Both the position numbers and the translations under genes were made by a program. Below, in pieces: positions 34,851 to 49,342 of a stretch of DNA of 64,000 nucleotides; position 1 is the first letter of the stretch; each line of letters opens with the position of its first letter. The DNA lies in the NCBI GenBank assembly GCA_002269645.1, contig NIVC01000094.1:1116001-1180000 (forward strand), given 5' to 3'. The notes beneath the pieces are model-generated. The model was not told the DNA's origin. It was given only the letters and a program-made list of their open reading frames with translations, and did no database searches. Source of the DNA: Macrostomum lignano. Taxonomy: Eukaryota.

Positions 34851-35461
34851 GGAGACATTCACTAGGCTATAAAGACAGGCTTCAAAGACTCAAGTCCAGC
34901 GCTGTAGATCTGTCTGACCAGCCGCCTCAACCGACGCTTCTTGGTGCAGCTCAGGAACTGTCCCAGTAGTAACCAGTCTATTCCCACAAGGCACCTCTCC
35001 ATTTCACTCTCCAAGGTAAATTGATTCGAACATCTGGTACAAAAATTTCTCAGCCTGATCAGTTCGCCTCTGACGCACCGCACCTCCTGTCGAAGCCAGG
35101 CCAGTCGAGCCGGAGCAGCAAAGAGGGCCGAGGCCCAGCGAAGCGGAAGGAAGTCCCTCCCCCTCTTGGATCTCAGATCCCAGTTGATGAGGGCGGAATA
35201 TATCTCTCCAAGGCCTCCTGCCCTTCTTCATCAAGCCTGGACAGTTGGCCGAGGCTTCAACTACAAAGGCAAACGCGACAGAGTGCAGAATGAGCTCGAT
35301 AACTCAAAGTGACACCGAGGCGACCTTTTATTCCGTGTGACAGAGCCACTTGGGAAAATTGGCTTTTCTGTGGCGGGCTGGGGCTTTGGGATCGGGAGAA
35401 GGCAAGCTTGGGTGATGCACGACAGAGCAGAGCTGAGTATAGTGCTGATGGGGTGGCGTGC

Positions 35462-37175
35462 AGTATGATCTATCTGCAGTGTGATCTATCTGCAGTGTGA
35501 TCTATCTGCAGTGTGATATATCTGCAGTGTGATATATCTGCAGTGTGATCTATCTGCAGTGTGATCTATCTGCAGTGTGATCTATCTGCAGTGTGATCTA
35601 TCTGCAGTGTGATCTATCTGCAGTGTGATCTATCTGCAGTGTGATCTATCTGCAGTGTGATCTATCTGCAGTGTGATCTATCTGCAGTGTGATCTATCTG
35701 CAGTGTGATCTATCTGCAGTGTGATCTATCTGCAGTGTGATCTATCTGCAGTGTGATCTATCTGCAGTGTGATCTATCTGCAGTGTGATCTATCTGCAGT
35801 GTGATCTATCTGCAGTGTGATCTATCTGCAGTGTGATCTATCTGCAGTATGATCTATCTGCAGTGTGATCTATCTGCAGTGTGATCTATCTGCAGTGTGA
35901 TATATCTGCAGTGTGATCTATCTGCAGTGTGATCTATCTGCAGTGTGATCTATCTGCAGTGTGATCTATCTGCAGTGTGATCTATCTGCAGTATGATCTA
36001 TCTGCAGTGTGATCTATCTGCAGTGTGATCTATCTGCAGTATGATCTATCTGCAGTGTGATCTATCTGCAGTGTGATCTATCTGCAGTGTGATCTATCTG
36101 CAGTGTGATCTATCTGCAGTGTGATCTATCTGCAGTGTGATCTATCTGCAGTGTGATCTATCTGCAGTGTGATCTATCTGCAGTGTGATCTATCTGCAGT
36201 GTGATCTATCTGCAGTGTGATCTATCTGCAGTGTGATCTATCTGCAGTGTGATCTATCTGCAGTGTGATCTATCTGCAGTGTGATCTATCTGCAGTGTGA
36301 TCTATCTGCAGTGTGATCTATCTGCAGTATGATCTATCTGCAGTGTGATCTATCTGCAGTGTGATCTATCTGCAGTGTGATCTATCTGCAGTGTGATCTA
36401 TCTGCAGTGTGATCTATCTGCAGTGTGATCTATCTGCAGTGTGATCTATCTGCAGTGTGATCTATCTGCAGTGTGATCTATCTGCAGTGTGATCTATCTG
36501 CAGTGTGATCTATCTGCAGTGTGATCTATCTGCAGTGTGATCTATCTGCAGTGTGATCTATCTGTAGTGTGATCTACCTGCAGTGTGATCTATCTGCAGT
36601 GTGATCTATCTGCAGTGTGATCTATCTGCAGTGTGATCTATCTGCAGTGTGATCTATCTGCAGTGTGATCTATCTGCAGTGTGATCTATCTGCAGTGTGA
36701 TCTATCTGCAGTGTGATCTATCTGCAGTGTGTTCTATCTGCAGTGTGATCTATCCGCAGTGTGATCTATCTGCAGTGTGATCTATCTGCAGTGTGATCTA
36801 TCTGCAGTATGATCTATCTGCAGTGTGATCTATCTGCAGTGTGATCTATCTGCAGTGTGATCTATCTGCAGTGTGATCTATCTGCAGTGTGATCTATCTG
36901 CAGTGTGATCTATCTGCAGTGTGAACTATCTGCAGTGTGTTCTATCTGCAGTGTGATCTATCTGCAGTGTGATCTATCTGCAGTGTGATCTATCTGCAGT
37001 ATTATCTATCTGCAGTGTGATCTATCTGCAGTGTGATCTATCTGCAGTGTGATCTATCTGCAGTGTGATCTATCTGCAGTGTCATCTATCTGCAGTGTCA
37101 TCTATCCGCAGTGTGATCTATCTGCAGTGTGCTCTATCTGCAGTGTGATCTATCTTCAGTTTGATCTATCTGCAC
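35462..37175. repeat. Highly homogeneous 16-bp minisatellite
   Basis: Unit tgtgatctatctgcag, ~105 copies. Confidence 0.98.
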
Positions 37176-37729
37176 TCTGATCTGATGCACTCAGAGTGAT
37201 GTAAACTTGAATAGATATGCAACTTAAGCAAGAGGAAATGTATCTCAGTACGGAATCAAACCTCTTTAAGTTAATATTTGTTTGTCAATATCCGAGATCT
37301 AATAAGGGTAAGAAAGCTTCAATTTGAAAGGAGCAGTTTCAAACTGGCCTGTTTATGGCCTAAGTAAAAACTTTTTGTTCAAGCTGGATTTTCCTGCCTA
37401 CTCTGCCTCGTTTTGACCGACTTTAAGCCGAATGCTCCGTGTGCTCATAAAATCCTCGAAAAAGCATCAAATTTCTTTTTTTCATCGCAGCATAAAATTC
37501 TAGATTGGAAGCTCCTCTCCGCGAGAAAAACGTCCAATGCGAGCCTGAAATGCCCGACTGACATGCCAGATTCATTTGGGGATGGGGGATTATCGATGCG
37601 GTAATTTGCAGTTTTGCGGGATTCGCGTGATTGAGTGGCATTCTGAGGGGGACGGAGCTTGGGGCAGAGCAAATGTAAATCTCGGACAGTTCTGGCCAGC
37701 TGCAGACTCAATGATGGATCTCAGATCAA

Positions 37730-38400
37730 GGATTAGCATGGATTGCTAATCTAGCCAAAACCATCCATGATGAAGGATTAGAATGGATTGCTAATCTAGC
37801 CAAAACCATCCATGATGAAGGATTAGAATGGATTGCTAATCTAGCCAAAACCTTCCATGATGAAGGATTAGAATGGATTGCTAATCTAGCCAAAACCTTC
37901 CATGAAGAAGGAATAGAATGGATTGCTAATCTAACCAAAACCATCCATGATGAAGGAATAGAATGGATTGCTAATCTAACCAAAACCATCCATGATGAAG
38001 GAATAGAATGGATTGCTAATCTAGCCAGAACCATCCATGATGAAGGATTAGCATGGATTGCTAATCTAGACAAAAATCTATAGAATGGATTGCTAATCTA
38101 GACAAAAAATAAATGATGAAGGAATAGAATGGATTGCTATCTAGACAAAATCTATGATGAAGGAATAGAATGGATTGCTAATCTAGACAAAAGTCTATGA
38201 TGAAGGAATAGAATAGATTGGTAATCTAGACAAAAAATCAATGATGAAGGAATAGAATGGGTTGCTAATCTAGCCAACATCACGGATAGAAGGAATAGAA
38301 TGGATTGCTAATCAGCCAACATCATGGATCATAGGATTGAATGGATTGCTAATCTAGCCAACATCATGGATAGAAGGAAATGAATGGATTGCTAATCTAG
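37730..38400 (+). repeat. Dispersed minisatellite family A, cluster 1 (45-bp units)
   Basis: gatgaagga(a/t)tagaatggattgctaatctagccaaaaccatccat. Confidence 0.9.
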
Positions 38401-38839
38401 TCTATCTAGGATGAAGTGAGTCTGTTTAATATATATCTACTGCGACCCTTCCCACGCTCATAAGCACCCTCAGGTGTGTCAAAGGCCTGGTGATTTGCAA
38501 TACCTTTCCATATAAGCCCTGTGCCTTGAGGATGCTCGGATCAAATTTCAGCAGCCGAGCGCTGAGCTGAACAGACTGCACAGACTGCAGCTGTCAATCA
38601 GCCCGGTTTTGCTAATCATGGAGGGGCCGAGAAACTTCAAACGAAAACTTTTTCAAAGACGATGGCGTGTCTCGATCGTTTTTTATAATAAAATATTTGG
38701 ATAGATGACAATGACTTAAATTCTAACCAAACTACGCCTTCGAAACCTAATTTCCATACATATCGGTCTCCAACAACTAACCTGTTCCAGACATTGTGCT
38801 CCAGTACTACTGACTAAGTGAACTAACTGGTAATAATAT

Positions 38840-39810
38840 CATTGATCCCATCACAATCCTGTCATTGATCCTATCACAATCCTGTCATTGATCCCATCAC
38901 AATCTTGTCATTGATCCCATCACAATCCTGTCATTGATCCCATCACAATCTTGTCATTGATCCATCACAATCCTGTCATTGATCCCATCACAATCCTATC
39001 ATTGATCCCATCACAATCCTGTCATTGATCCCATCACAATCCTGTCATTGATCTAATCACAATTCTGTCATTGATCCCATCACAATCCTATCATTGATCC
39101 ATCACAATCCTGTCATTGATCCCATCACAATCCTATCATTGATCCCATCACAATCCTATCATTGATCCCATCACAATCCTATCATTGATCCTATCACAAT
39201 CCTGTCATTGATCCCATCACAATCCTATCATTGATCCCATCACAATCCTGTCATTGATCCATCACAATCCTGTCATTGATCCCATCACAATCCTATCATT
39301 GATCCCATCACAATCCTGTCATTGATCCCATCACAATCCTGTCATTGATCCCATCACAATCCTATCATTGATCCATCACAATCCTGTCATTGATCCATCA
39401 CAATCCTGTCATTGATCCATCACAATCCTATCATTGATCCCATCACAATCCTATCATTGATCCCATCACAATCCTATCATTGATCCTATCACAATCCTGT
39501 CATTGATCCCATCACAATCCTATCATTGATCCATCACAATCCTGTCATTGATCCCATCACAATCCTATCATTGATCCATCACAATCCTGTCATTGATCCC
39601 ATCACAATCCTGTCATTGATCCCATCACAATCCTATCATTGATCCCATCACAATCCTATCATTGATCCCATCACAATCCTGTCATTGATCCCATCACAAT
39701 CCTGTCATTGATCCATCACAATCCTATCATTGATCCCATCACAATCCTATCATTGATCCATCACAATCCTATCATTGATCCCATCACAATCCTATCATTG
39801 ATCCCATCTG
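38840..39810. repeat. 22/23-bp minisatellite
   Basis: Unit gtcattgatcccatcacaatcct. Confidence 0.95.
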
Positions 39811-40229
39811 TGATCCTAACGTCATCAGCGATCCCATTAGTGACTCCAAGACGTACCCTTCACTAAGTCGGAGCATAATTTAGCGTCAAATTTTCAGAAT
39901 AAAAAATACAGCAAAAATGAGGGAATTCACAGCGGCCTCCAGTAGACTCCAGGGAACCCATTCTCTCCTCCCCATCTCTCCTTATCGCCCTTGTCGGGAC
40001 AAGCAAATCGCATTAGGCCGGTGCCCGCTGGAATTCATGTGAGATCCGGGCCCTCCATCTTTTATTCTGCGGCCTGATGCAAAGTGGATGATTGGGATGA
40101 AAAATAATTTGCCCAATTTTATGATTCAATTTATGCCTAAATGAAATTCTGCAGCAGCCCTGCCAACTAGTAGCGCCATACAGTGCACGTGACTGTACTG
40201 TTATAGTGAGCCGTCTGCTAGAGTGACCA

Positions 40230-40485
40230 TCCTTCATCAGTGATGTTGGCTAGATTAGCGATCCATTCTATTCCTTCATCCATGTAGGCTAGATTAGCAA
40301 TCCATTCTGTTCCTTCATCAGTGATGTTGGCTAGATTAGCAATCCATTCTGTTCCTTCATCAGTGATGTTGGCTAGATTAGCAATCCATTTTAATCCTTC
40401 ATCAGTGATGTTGGCTAGATTAGCAATCCATTCTATTCCTTCATCCATGATGTTAGCTAGATTAGCAATCCATTCTATTCCTTCA
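40230..40485 (-). repeat. Family A, cluster 2 (42-bp units, inverted)
   Basis: Reverse complement of gatgaaggaacagaatggattgctaatctagccaacatcact. Confidence 0.9.
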
Positions 40486-41009
40486 ACTCTGACACTGTTC
40501 TGTCCAGAGCTCTGCAAGCCAGTAAAAGACTCAGTCCCGAAACTCCGAGTAGTAAGAGCTCCACAGCAGCTCAAAATTTATCACGAGCTCTCAGCAAAAA
40601 CAGCTTCATTATTCTAATCACGTTCCGCCTTCTAGTCTCGTGCCACCCCCCTCAGCTGGTCGATCTCAGTATGTCGTGAAAGCTGTCTGATTGCCAACAG
40701 CTTGCCCGGACCCTGGAGCAGCCGCCACCGCCTTCTTTCCCACTCCCAATGCGCCCCAAGATACTGAGAGTCTCATTCCCATCGTGCTAAGTTAGTGAAA
40801 ACTTCATAATCCAGTTTCAGGTGACGATTCCGTTGATACAAGAGCCACCGCTGCACTGCCTGCTAGGCTGAAGCAGGTGTCAATCAAAGTTTTGCTAAAT
40901 TTCTAAGCGCGTGTTGAAGTGGACTGAGAACTCGCCTTTTCTGCTCAAATGGGAAGAAATCCCCTAAACCCATTGGGCAAAGCACTGCATCACATTTTAC
41001 TATTCTTGC

Positions 41010-42340
41010 AATTCATCCATGATGTTGACTAGATTAGCAATCCATTCTATTCCTTCATCCATGTAGGCTAGATTAGCAATCCATCTATTCCTTCATCCAT
41101 GTTGGCTAGATTAGCAATCCATTCTATTCCTTCATCCATGTGGGTTAGATTAGCAATCCATTCTATTCCTTCATCCATGTAGGCTAGATTAGCAATCCAT
41201 TCTATTCTTCATCCATGTGGCTAGATTAGCAATCCATTCTGTTCCTTCATTAGGCTAGATTAGCAATCCATTCTATTCCTTCATCCATGTTGGCTAGATT
41301 AGCAATCCATTCTATTCTTCATCCATGTTGGCTAGATTAGCAATCCATTCTATTCCTTCATCCATGTTGGCTAGATTAGCAATCCATTCTATTCTTTCAT
41401 CCATGTAGATTAGCAATCCATTCTAATCCTTCATCCATGTAGGCTAGATTAGCAATCCATTCTATTCTTTCATCCATGTAGATTAGCAATCCATTCTATT
41501 CCTTCATCCATGTGGCTAGATTAGCAATCCATTCTATTCTTTCATCCATGTGGGTTAGATTAGCAATCCATTCTATTCCTTCATCCATGTGGGTTAGATT
41601 AGCAATCCATTCTGTTCCTTCATCCATGTTGGCTAGATTAGCAATCCATTCTATTCTTTCATCCATGTTGGCTAGATTAGCAATCCATTCTAATCCTTCA
41701 TCCATGTTGGCTAGATTAGCAATCCATTCTATTCCTTCATCCATGTGGGTTAGATTAGCAATCCATTCTATTCCTTCATCCATGTGGGTTAGATTAGCAA
41801 TCCATTCTATTCCTTCATCCATGTGGGTTAGCAATCCATTCTAATCCTTCATCCATGTAGGCTAGATTAGCAATCCATTCTATCTTCATCATGTAGATTA
41901 GCAATCCATTCTATCCTTCATCCATGTGGCTAGATTAGCAATCCATTCTATTCTTCATCATGTCATGTAGATTAGCAATCCATTCTATTCCATTCATCCA
42001 TGTGGCTAGATTAGCAATTATTCTATTCTGCAATCCATGTGGGTTAGATTAGCAATCCATTCTATTCCTTCATTCCATGTGGGTTAGATTAGCAATCCAT
42101 TCTATTCCTTCATTCGTGTAGGCTAGATTAGCAATCCATTCTATTCCTTTATCATGTTGGCTAGATTAGCAATCCATTCTATTCCTTTATCATGTGGGTT
42201 AGATTAGCAATCCATTCTATTCCTTCATTCGTGTAGGCTAGATTAGCAATCCATTCTATTCCTTCCATTCTATTCCTTCATTCGCTCAGGCAAGGTTAGT
42301 AATCGATTACAGATGATCGCTAGATTAGCAATCCACTGAA
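41010..42340 (-). repeat. Family A, cluster 3 (39-bp units, inverted, indel-rich ends)
   Basis: ggctagattagcaatccattctattccttcatccatgt(t/g). Confidence 0.9.
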
Positions 42341-42934
42341 GGTAGATGAATGTACTTTTTTGTCCTTTCCGTCAGTGAAGTTCATCAACAGCCGAGGCCG
42401 CTAAATAAGTAAAACACGAAGGACACTGCGATGAAAGAGTTGCTTTGTTAAAATCGTATAGTCTTTTTCTAAGAAATTTACTTTTTTACGTAAAGGAGAA
42501 AAAAGTTAAAAAGCCATTTTAGAAATGGACTCGCAAAATACAGGGATTTACAAATCCCCACTGCTCGGCCATTTTCAATCCCCCAGCGAATCCCACTTGA
42601 AAATCCGAGTTAAGAGCCTCGCTGAGGGGTTTGGCGAGCAAATGTGAATTGCTGGATTGATTAAAGGGGGACCCAGATAAGGGTGATGGAGCTTCCTCTC
42701 TATTTCTACCCTTCTTCCCATTTCCAGCTCAGTATGAGCAGTTTCTCGTTATGGAATCAAGTACAAATATAAATTTTTTTGAAAAAATCTCTGTCTCGAG
42801 TGGCTCATAAAACAAGCATATATGGATTTCGCTGATCCCCCTTTACAACTGCATTATACTAATGAATATATCAGATAGATGTACGAATTACTATAAATCT
42901 AATATACTTATGTTGTGAGTCAATTGCTTTTCTA

Positions 42935-43885
42935 GCTTGGCGCCATTTGATAGGCATCTAGCTTGGCGCCATTTGATAGGCATCTACAATAGCTTGGCGC
43001 CATTTGATAGGCATCTACAATAGCTTGGCGCCATTTGATAGGCATCTAGCTTGGCGCCATTTGATAGGCATCTAGCTTGGCGCCATTTGATTGGCATCTA
43101 GCTTGGCGCCATTTGATTGGCATCAAGCTTGGCGCCATTTGATAGGCATCTACAATAGCTTGGCGCCATTTGATAGGCATCTAGCTTGGCGCCATTTGAT
43201 TGGCATCTAGCTTGGCGCCATTTGATTGGCATCAAGCTTGGCGCCATTTGATAGGCATCTAGCTTGGCGCCATTTGATAGGCATCTACAATAGCTTGGCG
43301 CCATTTGATAGGCATCTAGCTTGGCGCCATTTGATAGGCATCTACAATAGCTTGGCGCCATTTGATAGGCATCTAGCTTGGCGCCATTTGATAGACATCT
43401 AGCTTGGCGCCATTTGATAGACATCTAGCTTGGCGCCATTTGATAGGCATCTAGCTTGGCGCCATTTGATAGGCATCTAGCTTGGCGCCATTTGATAGGC
43501 ATCTACAATAGCTTGGCGCCATTTGATAGGCATCTACAATAGCTTGGCGCCATTTGATAGGCATCTAGCTTGGCGCCATTTGATTGGCATCTAGCTTGGC
43601 GCCATTTGATAGGCATCTAGCTTGGCGCCATTTGATAGGCATCTAGCTTGGCGCCATTTGATAGGCATCTACAATAGCTTGGCGCCATTTGATAGGCATC
43701 TAGCTTGGCGCCATTTGATAGGCATCTAGCTTGGCGCCATTTGATTGGCATCTAGCTTGGCGCCATTTGATAGGCATCTAGCTTGGCGCCATTTGATAGG
43801 CATCTAGCTTGGCGCCATTTGATAGGCATCTAGCTTGGCGCCATTTGATAGGCATCTAGCTTGGCGCTATTTGATAGGCATCTAG
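42935..43885. repeat. 26/31-bp minisatellite downstream of the Cys-loop gene
   Basis: tagcttggcgccatttgataggcatc with an optional tacaa insert. Confidence 0.95.
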
Positions 43886-43991
43886 CTTGGTGCCAAAAGC
43901 AAAAATAAGCAACTCTGTTGCTAGGGGGCAAGTCTAATTTCGCATTGCTGTCGCATGGTGTTTAGAACAGCTCAGAAGCTCAGCAGGGGAC

Positions 43992-44384
43992 TCAGTGAGG
44001 ACTCATATGGAACTCGTTGCCGCTGAGCAGGATCCGCCAGTACACGATGTTCACCGCCAAAAACGAAGCGGGGAAAATGTAGCGCGATACCCGATCGATT
44101 CTGGACTCCGAATTCGGGCCAGTTGGTCGCAGCCTCTCCTTCATCAGCATGTACTTTCGATTGCCTTTAAGACAATTCAGAAACATGATGAGGCAGGAGT
44201 CCTTGGCGCCAGGCTCGGGGTCCACCGCTCGGGCCTGCCCGATGGCGGGGTCCGGCTGCAGCAGGCGGCCGTTCACCGCGCGCCGGAACTGCAACTGCGG
44301 CTGCTGTGACTCCACCGACTGCTGAGGCACCGCCTGGATCAGCGGGTTCTGGTCCTGGTCCGATGTGTCACCGCCAGCACCAGC
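43992..44384 (-). CDS. GABA-A/GRD-like Cys-loop channel, last exon (M3-M4 loop end + M4)
   Basis: SRIDRVSRYIFPASFLAVNIVYW M4 motif and stop. The tctaag| acceptor is in phase 0 but is a weak AAG site, so the 5' boundary is tentative. Confidence 0.85.
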   Translation of the reverse strand, partial: AGAGGDTSDQDQNPLIQAVPQQSVESQQPQLQFRRAVNGRLLQPDPAIGQARAVDPEPGAKDSCLIMFLNCLKGNRKYMLMKERLRPTGPNSESRIDRVSRYIFPASFLAVNIVYWRILLSGNEFHMSPH

Positions 44385-44434
44385 CTTAGAGCAGGGGTTT
44401 AGTTGAATATTTCTCTGTTGCACCCAATTTATAG

Positions 44435-46500
44435 ATCCCATCCTATTGATCCTGATCCCATCCTATTGATCCTGATCCCATCCTATCGATCCTGATCCCA
44501 TCCTATCGATCCTGATCCCATCCTATTGATCCTGATCCGATCCTATCGATCATGATCCCATCCTATTGATCCTGATCCCATCCTATAGATCCTGATCCCA
44601 TCCTATTGATCCTGATCCCATCCTATAGATCCTGATCCCATCCTATCGATCCTGATCCCATTCTATCGATCCTGATCCCATCCTATTGATCCTGATCCCC
44701 TTCTATAGATCGTGATCCCATTCTATCGATCCTGATCCCATCCTATTGATCCTGATCCCCTTCTATAGATCCTGATCCCATTCTATCGATCCTGATTCCA
44801 TCCTATATACCCTGATTCCATCCCATCGATCCTGATCCCATTCTATCGATCCTGATCCCCTTCTATAGATCCTGATCCCATTCTATCGATCCTGATTCCA
44901 TCCTATTGATCCTGATCCCATCCTATTGATCCTGATCCCCTTCTATAGATCATGATCCCATTCTATCGATCCTGATTCCATCCTATTGATCCTGATTCCC
45001 TTCTATTGATCCTGATCCCATTCTATCGATCCTGATTTCATCCTATAGATCCTGATCCCATCCTATAGATCCTTATCCCATTCTATCGATCCTGATCCCC
45101 TTCTATAGATCCTGATCCCATTCTATCGGTTCTGATTCCATCCTATTGATCCTGATTCCATCCCATTGATCCTGATCCAATCCTATTGATCCTGATCCCC
45201 TTCTATTGATCCTGATCCCATTCTATCGATCCTGATTTCATCCTATAGATCCTGATCCCATCCTATAGATCCTTATCCCATTCTATCGATCCTGATCCCC
45301 TTCTATAGATCCTGATCCCATCCTATCGATCCTGATCCCATCCTATTGATCCTGATCCCATCCTATAGATCCTGATCCCATCCTATCGATCCTGATCCCA
45401 TTCTATCGATCCTGATTCCATCCTATTGATCCTGATTCCCTTCTATTGATCCTGATCCTATTCTATCGATCCTGATTTCATCCTATAGATCCTGATTCCA
45501 TCCTATAGATCCTGATCCAATCCTATTGATCCTGATCCCATTCTATCGATCCTGATCCCCTTCTATAGATCCTGATCCCATTCTATCGATTCTGATTCCA
45601 TCCTATTGATCCTGATTCCATCCTATTGATCCTGATCCCATCCTATTGATCCTGATCCCCTTCTATAGATCCTGATCCCATTCTATCGATCCTGATTTCA
45701 TCCTATATACCCTGATTCCATCCCATCGATCCTGATCCCATTCTATCGATCCTGATCCCCTTCTATAGATCCTGATCCCATTCTATCGATCCTGATTCCA
45801 TCCTATTGATCCTGATCCCATCCTATTGATCCTGATCCCCTTCTATAGATCATGATCCCATTCTATCGATCCTGATTCCATCCTATTGATCCTGATTCCA
45901 TCCTATTGATCCTGATCCCCTTCTATAGATCATGATCCCATTCTATCGATCCTGATCTCATTCTATCGATCCTGATTCCATCCTATAGATCCTGATCCCA
46001 TCCTATAGATCCTGATCCCATTCTATCGATCCTGATTCCATCCTATAGATCCTGATCCAATCCTATTGATCCTGATCCCATTTTATCGATCCTGATCCCC
46101 TTCTATAGATCCTGATCCCATTCTATCGATCCTGATTCCATCCTATTGATCCTGATTCCATCCCATTGATCCTGATCCAATCCTATTGATCCTGATCCCC
46201 TTCTATTGATCCTGATCCCATTCTATCGATCCTGATTTCATCCTATAGATCCTGATCCCATCCTATAGATCCTTATCCCATTCTATCGATCCTGATCCCC
46301 TTCTATAGATCCTGATCCCATTCTATCGATCCTGATTCCATCCTATTGATCCTGATCCCATTCTATCGATTCTGATCCCCTTCTATAGATCCTGATCCCA
46401 TTCTATCGATCCTGATTCCATCCTATTGATCCTGATTCCATCCTATTGATCCTGATCCCATTCTATCGATTCTGATCCCCTCCTATTGATCCTGATCCGG
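44435..46500. repeat. 20-bp minisatellite with higher-order blocks (last intron)
   Basis: gatcctgatcccat(c/t)ctat(t/c/a); 20-bp register held for ~2 kb. Confidence 0.97.
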
Positions 46501-46659
46501 TCCAGTCATCCAGTTTCTACTCATCTTATTTGATCGCATTTCATTGACTAATTCTCTGTGTGATAGAGAAAGTCAATCTTGAACAGTAAAACGCCCTAAT
46601 CAGGCTACTACCCGAAGCCAGTAGTGCGATATGAAAAATCTGAGGAAAAAAACACCCAC

Positions 46660-46865
46660 CGGAGGAGGCGGCAAAGCCCGTTTCGGAATCTCCAGGTTGC
46701 CGGTCTTGGTGAAGTAGTTCACGCCCGCGTACTCCAGCAGAGCCGAGAACACAAAGAAGAAGCAGATCAACAGGAAGACGTCCAGAGCGGTGGCGTAGGG
46801 CACCTTGGGGATGCCGATGCGACCCGTGAGGGTGATGGTGACGCTCGTTAGCAGTGTGGTTATGC
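46660..46865 (-). CDS. Cys-loop channel exon (M2-M3)
   Basis: GITTLLTSVTITLTGRIGIPKVPYATALDVFLLICFFFVFSALLEYAGVNYFTK; cccag| acceptor and |GTGGGT donor. Confidence 0.92.
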
Positions 46866-46984
46866 CTGGGACGGGCCGCGGCGCAATATTGATTTTTCAG
46901 GCTTAACACACTTGGAAAAATTCAATTTGAAAGAGGGAAAAGAGAACGATAGAGTAGGAGACAGTAGAGAAGGGAAACTTTGAG

Positions 46985-49170
46985 ATGGTAGTGAATGGAG
47001 ACTGAGAGACGGTAGAGAAGGGAGAGTATGAGACGGTAGATAAGGGAGAGTATGAGACGGTAGATAAGGGAGAGTATAAGACGGTAGAGAAGGGAGAGTA
47101 TGAGATGGTAGTGAAGGGAGAATGAGAGATGGTAGAGAAGGGAGAATATGAGACGGTAGATAAGGGAGAGTATGAGACGGTAGATAAGGGAGAGTATGAG
47201 ACGGTAGATAAGGGAGAGTATAAGACGGTAGAGAAGGGAGAGTATGAGATGGTAGTGAAGGGAGAATGAGAGATGGTAGAGAAGGGAGAATATGAGACGG
47301 TAGATAAGGGAGAGTATGAGACGGTAGATAAGGGAGAGTATAAGACGGTAGATAAGGGAGAGTATGAGACGGTAGATAAGGGAGAGTATGAGAGGGTAGA
47401 TAAGGGAGAGTATGAGACGGTAGATGAGGGAGAGTATAAAACGGTAGATAAGGGAGAGTATGAGAGGGTAGATAAGGGAGAGTATGAGACGGTAGATGAG
47501 CGAGAGTATGAGACGGTAGATAAGGGAGAGTATAAAACGGTAGATAAGGGAGAGTATGACAGGGTAGATAAGGGAGAGTATGAGAGGGTAGATAAGGGAG
47601 AGTATGAGACGGTAGATAAGGGAGAGTATAAAACGGTAGATAAGGGAGAGTATGAGAGGGTAGATAAGGGAGAGTATGAGACGGTAGATAAGGGAGAGTA
47701 TAAAACGGTAGATAAGGGAGAGTATGAGAGGGTAGATAAGGGAGAGTATGAGACGGTAGATAAGGGAGAGTATGAGAGGGTAGATAAGGGAGAGTATGAG
47801 AGGGTAGATAAGGGAGAGTATGATACGGTAGATGAGCGAGAGTATGAGACGGTAGATAAGGGAGAGTATAAAACGGTAGATAAGGGAGAGTATGACAGGG
47901 TAGATAAGGGAGAGTATGAGAGGGTAGATAAGGGAGAGTATGAGACGGTAGATAAGGGAGAGTATGAGAGGGTAGATAAGGGAGAGTATGAGAGGGTAGA
48001 TAAGGGAGAGTATGAGACGGTAGAGAAGGGAGAGTATGAGATGGTAGTGAAGGGAGAATGAGAGATGGTAGAGAAGGGAGAGTATGAGATGGTAGTGAAG
48101 GGAGAATGAGAGATGGTAGAGAAGGGAGAATATGAGACGGTAGATAAGGGAGAGTATGAGACGGTAGATAAGGGAGAGTATAAGACGGTAGATAAGGGAG
48201 AGTATGAGACGGTAGATAAGGGAGAGTATGAGAGGGTAGATAAGGGAGAGTATAAAACGGTAGATAAGGGAGAGTATGAGAGGGTAGATAAGGGAGAGTA
48301 TGAGACGGTAGATGAGGGAGAGTATAAAACGGTAGATAAGGGAGAGTATGAGAGGGTAGATAAGGGAGAGTATGAGACGGTAGATAAGGGAGAGTATGAG
48401 ACGGTAGATAAGGGAGAGTATAAGACGGTAGATAAGGGAGAGTATGAGACGGTAGATAAGGGAGAGTATGAGAGGGTAGATAAGGGAGAGTATGAGATGG
48501 TAGATAAGGGAGAGTATGATACGGTAGATGAGCGAGAGTATGAGACGGTAGATAAGGGAGAGTATAAAACGGTAGATAAGGGAGAGTATGACTGGGTAGA
48601 TAAGGGAGAGTATGAGAGGGTAGATAAGGGAGAGTATGAGACGGTAGATAAGGGAGAGTATGAGAGGGTAGATAAGGGAGAGTATGAGACGGTAGATAAG
48701 GGAGAGTATGAGAGGGTAGATAAGGGAGAGTATGAGAGGGTAGATAAGGGAGAGTATGAGAGGGTAGATAAGGGAGAGTATGAGACGGTAGATAAGGGAG
48801 AGTATGAGAGGGTAGATAAGGGAGAGTATGAGAGGGTAGATAAGGGAGAGTATGATACGGTAGATGAGCGAGAGTATGAGACGGTAGATAAGGGAGAGTA
48901 TAAAACGGTAGATAAGGGAGAGTATGAGAGGGTAGATAAGGGATAGTATGAGAGGGTAGATAAGGGAGAGTATGATACGGTAGATGAGCGAGAGTATGAG
49001 ACGGTAGATAAGGGAGAGTATAAAACGGTAGATAAGGGAGAGAATGAAATGGTAGATAAGGGAGAGTATAAAACGGTAGATAAGGGAGAGAATGAAATGG
49101 TAGAGAAGGGGGAGTATGAAATGGTAGAGAAGGGAGAGTATGAAATGGTAGAGAAGGGGTAGTATGAGAC
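46985..49170. repeat. 24-bp minisatellite (intron between the M1 and M2-M3 exons)
   Basis: ggtagataagggagagtatgagac, ~90 copies. Confidence 0.97.
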
Positions 49171-49342
49171 AGTAGAGAAGGAAGGGTGGGCGATAGTTGA
49201 GAGAAGAAAGAAGACAGTGAATGGAAGAGGATATTGTAGTACTGGACAGAGAGGTGAGATCCTTCAGGAGAAGACTAGAAACCAATAGACGGATTTTGAG
49301 CACAGAAGAGACCAGACAGTTAATAAGTTGAGAAGTTCTCAC

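Noticed and set aside
34850-35300. LGYKDRLQRLK, reminiscent of a CR1/L2 RT C-terminus
   Set aside because: Only ~11 residues of similarity, with no continuing frame, tail or TSD.
35462-37175. Regular short repeats as possible CRISPR arrays (here and elsewhere)
   Set aside because: Head-to-tail units without unique spacers, no cas genes, eukaryotic context.
41010-42340. Frequent 1-bp indels in family A cluster 3 (and 38070-38400) as biological decay
   Set aside because: The pattern equally fits uncorrected long-read error in unmappable repeats, so it is not interpreted.
46922-49342. 806-aa minus ORF (YRLILSLI)n and plus ORFs (TVDKGEYE)n
   Set aside because: Translation of a 24-bp intronic minisatellite; it begins at the splice donor and is out of frame with the channel exons.
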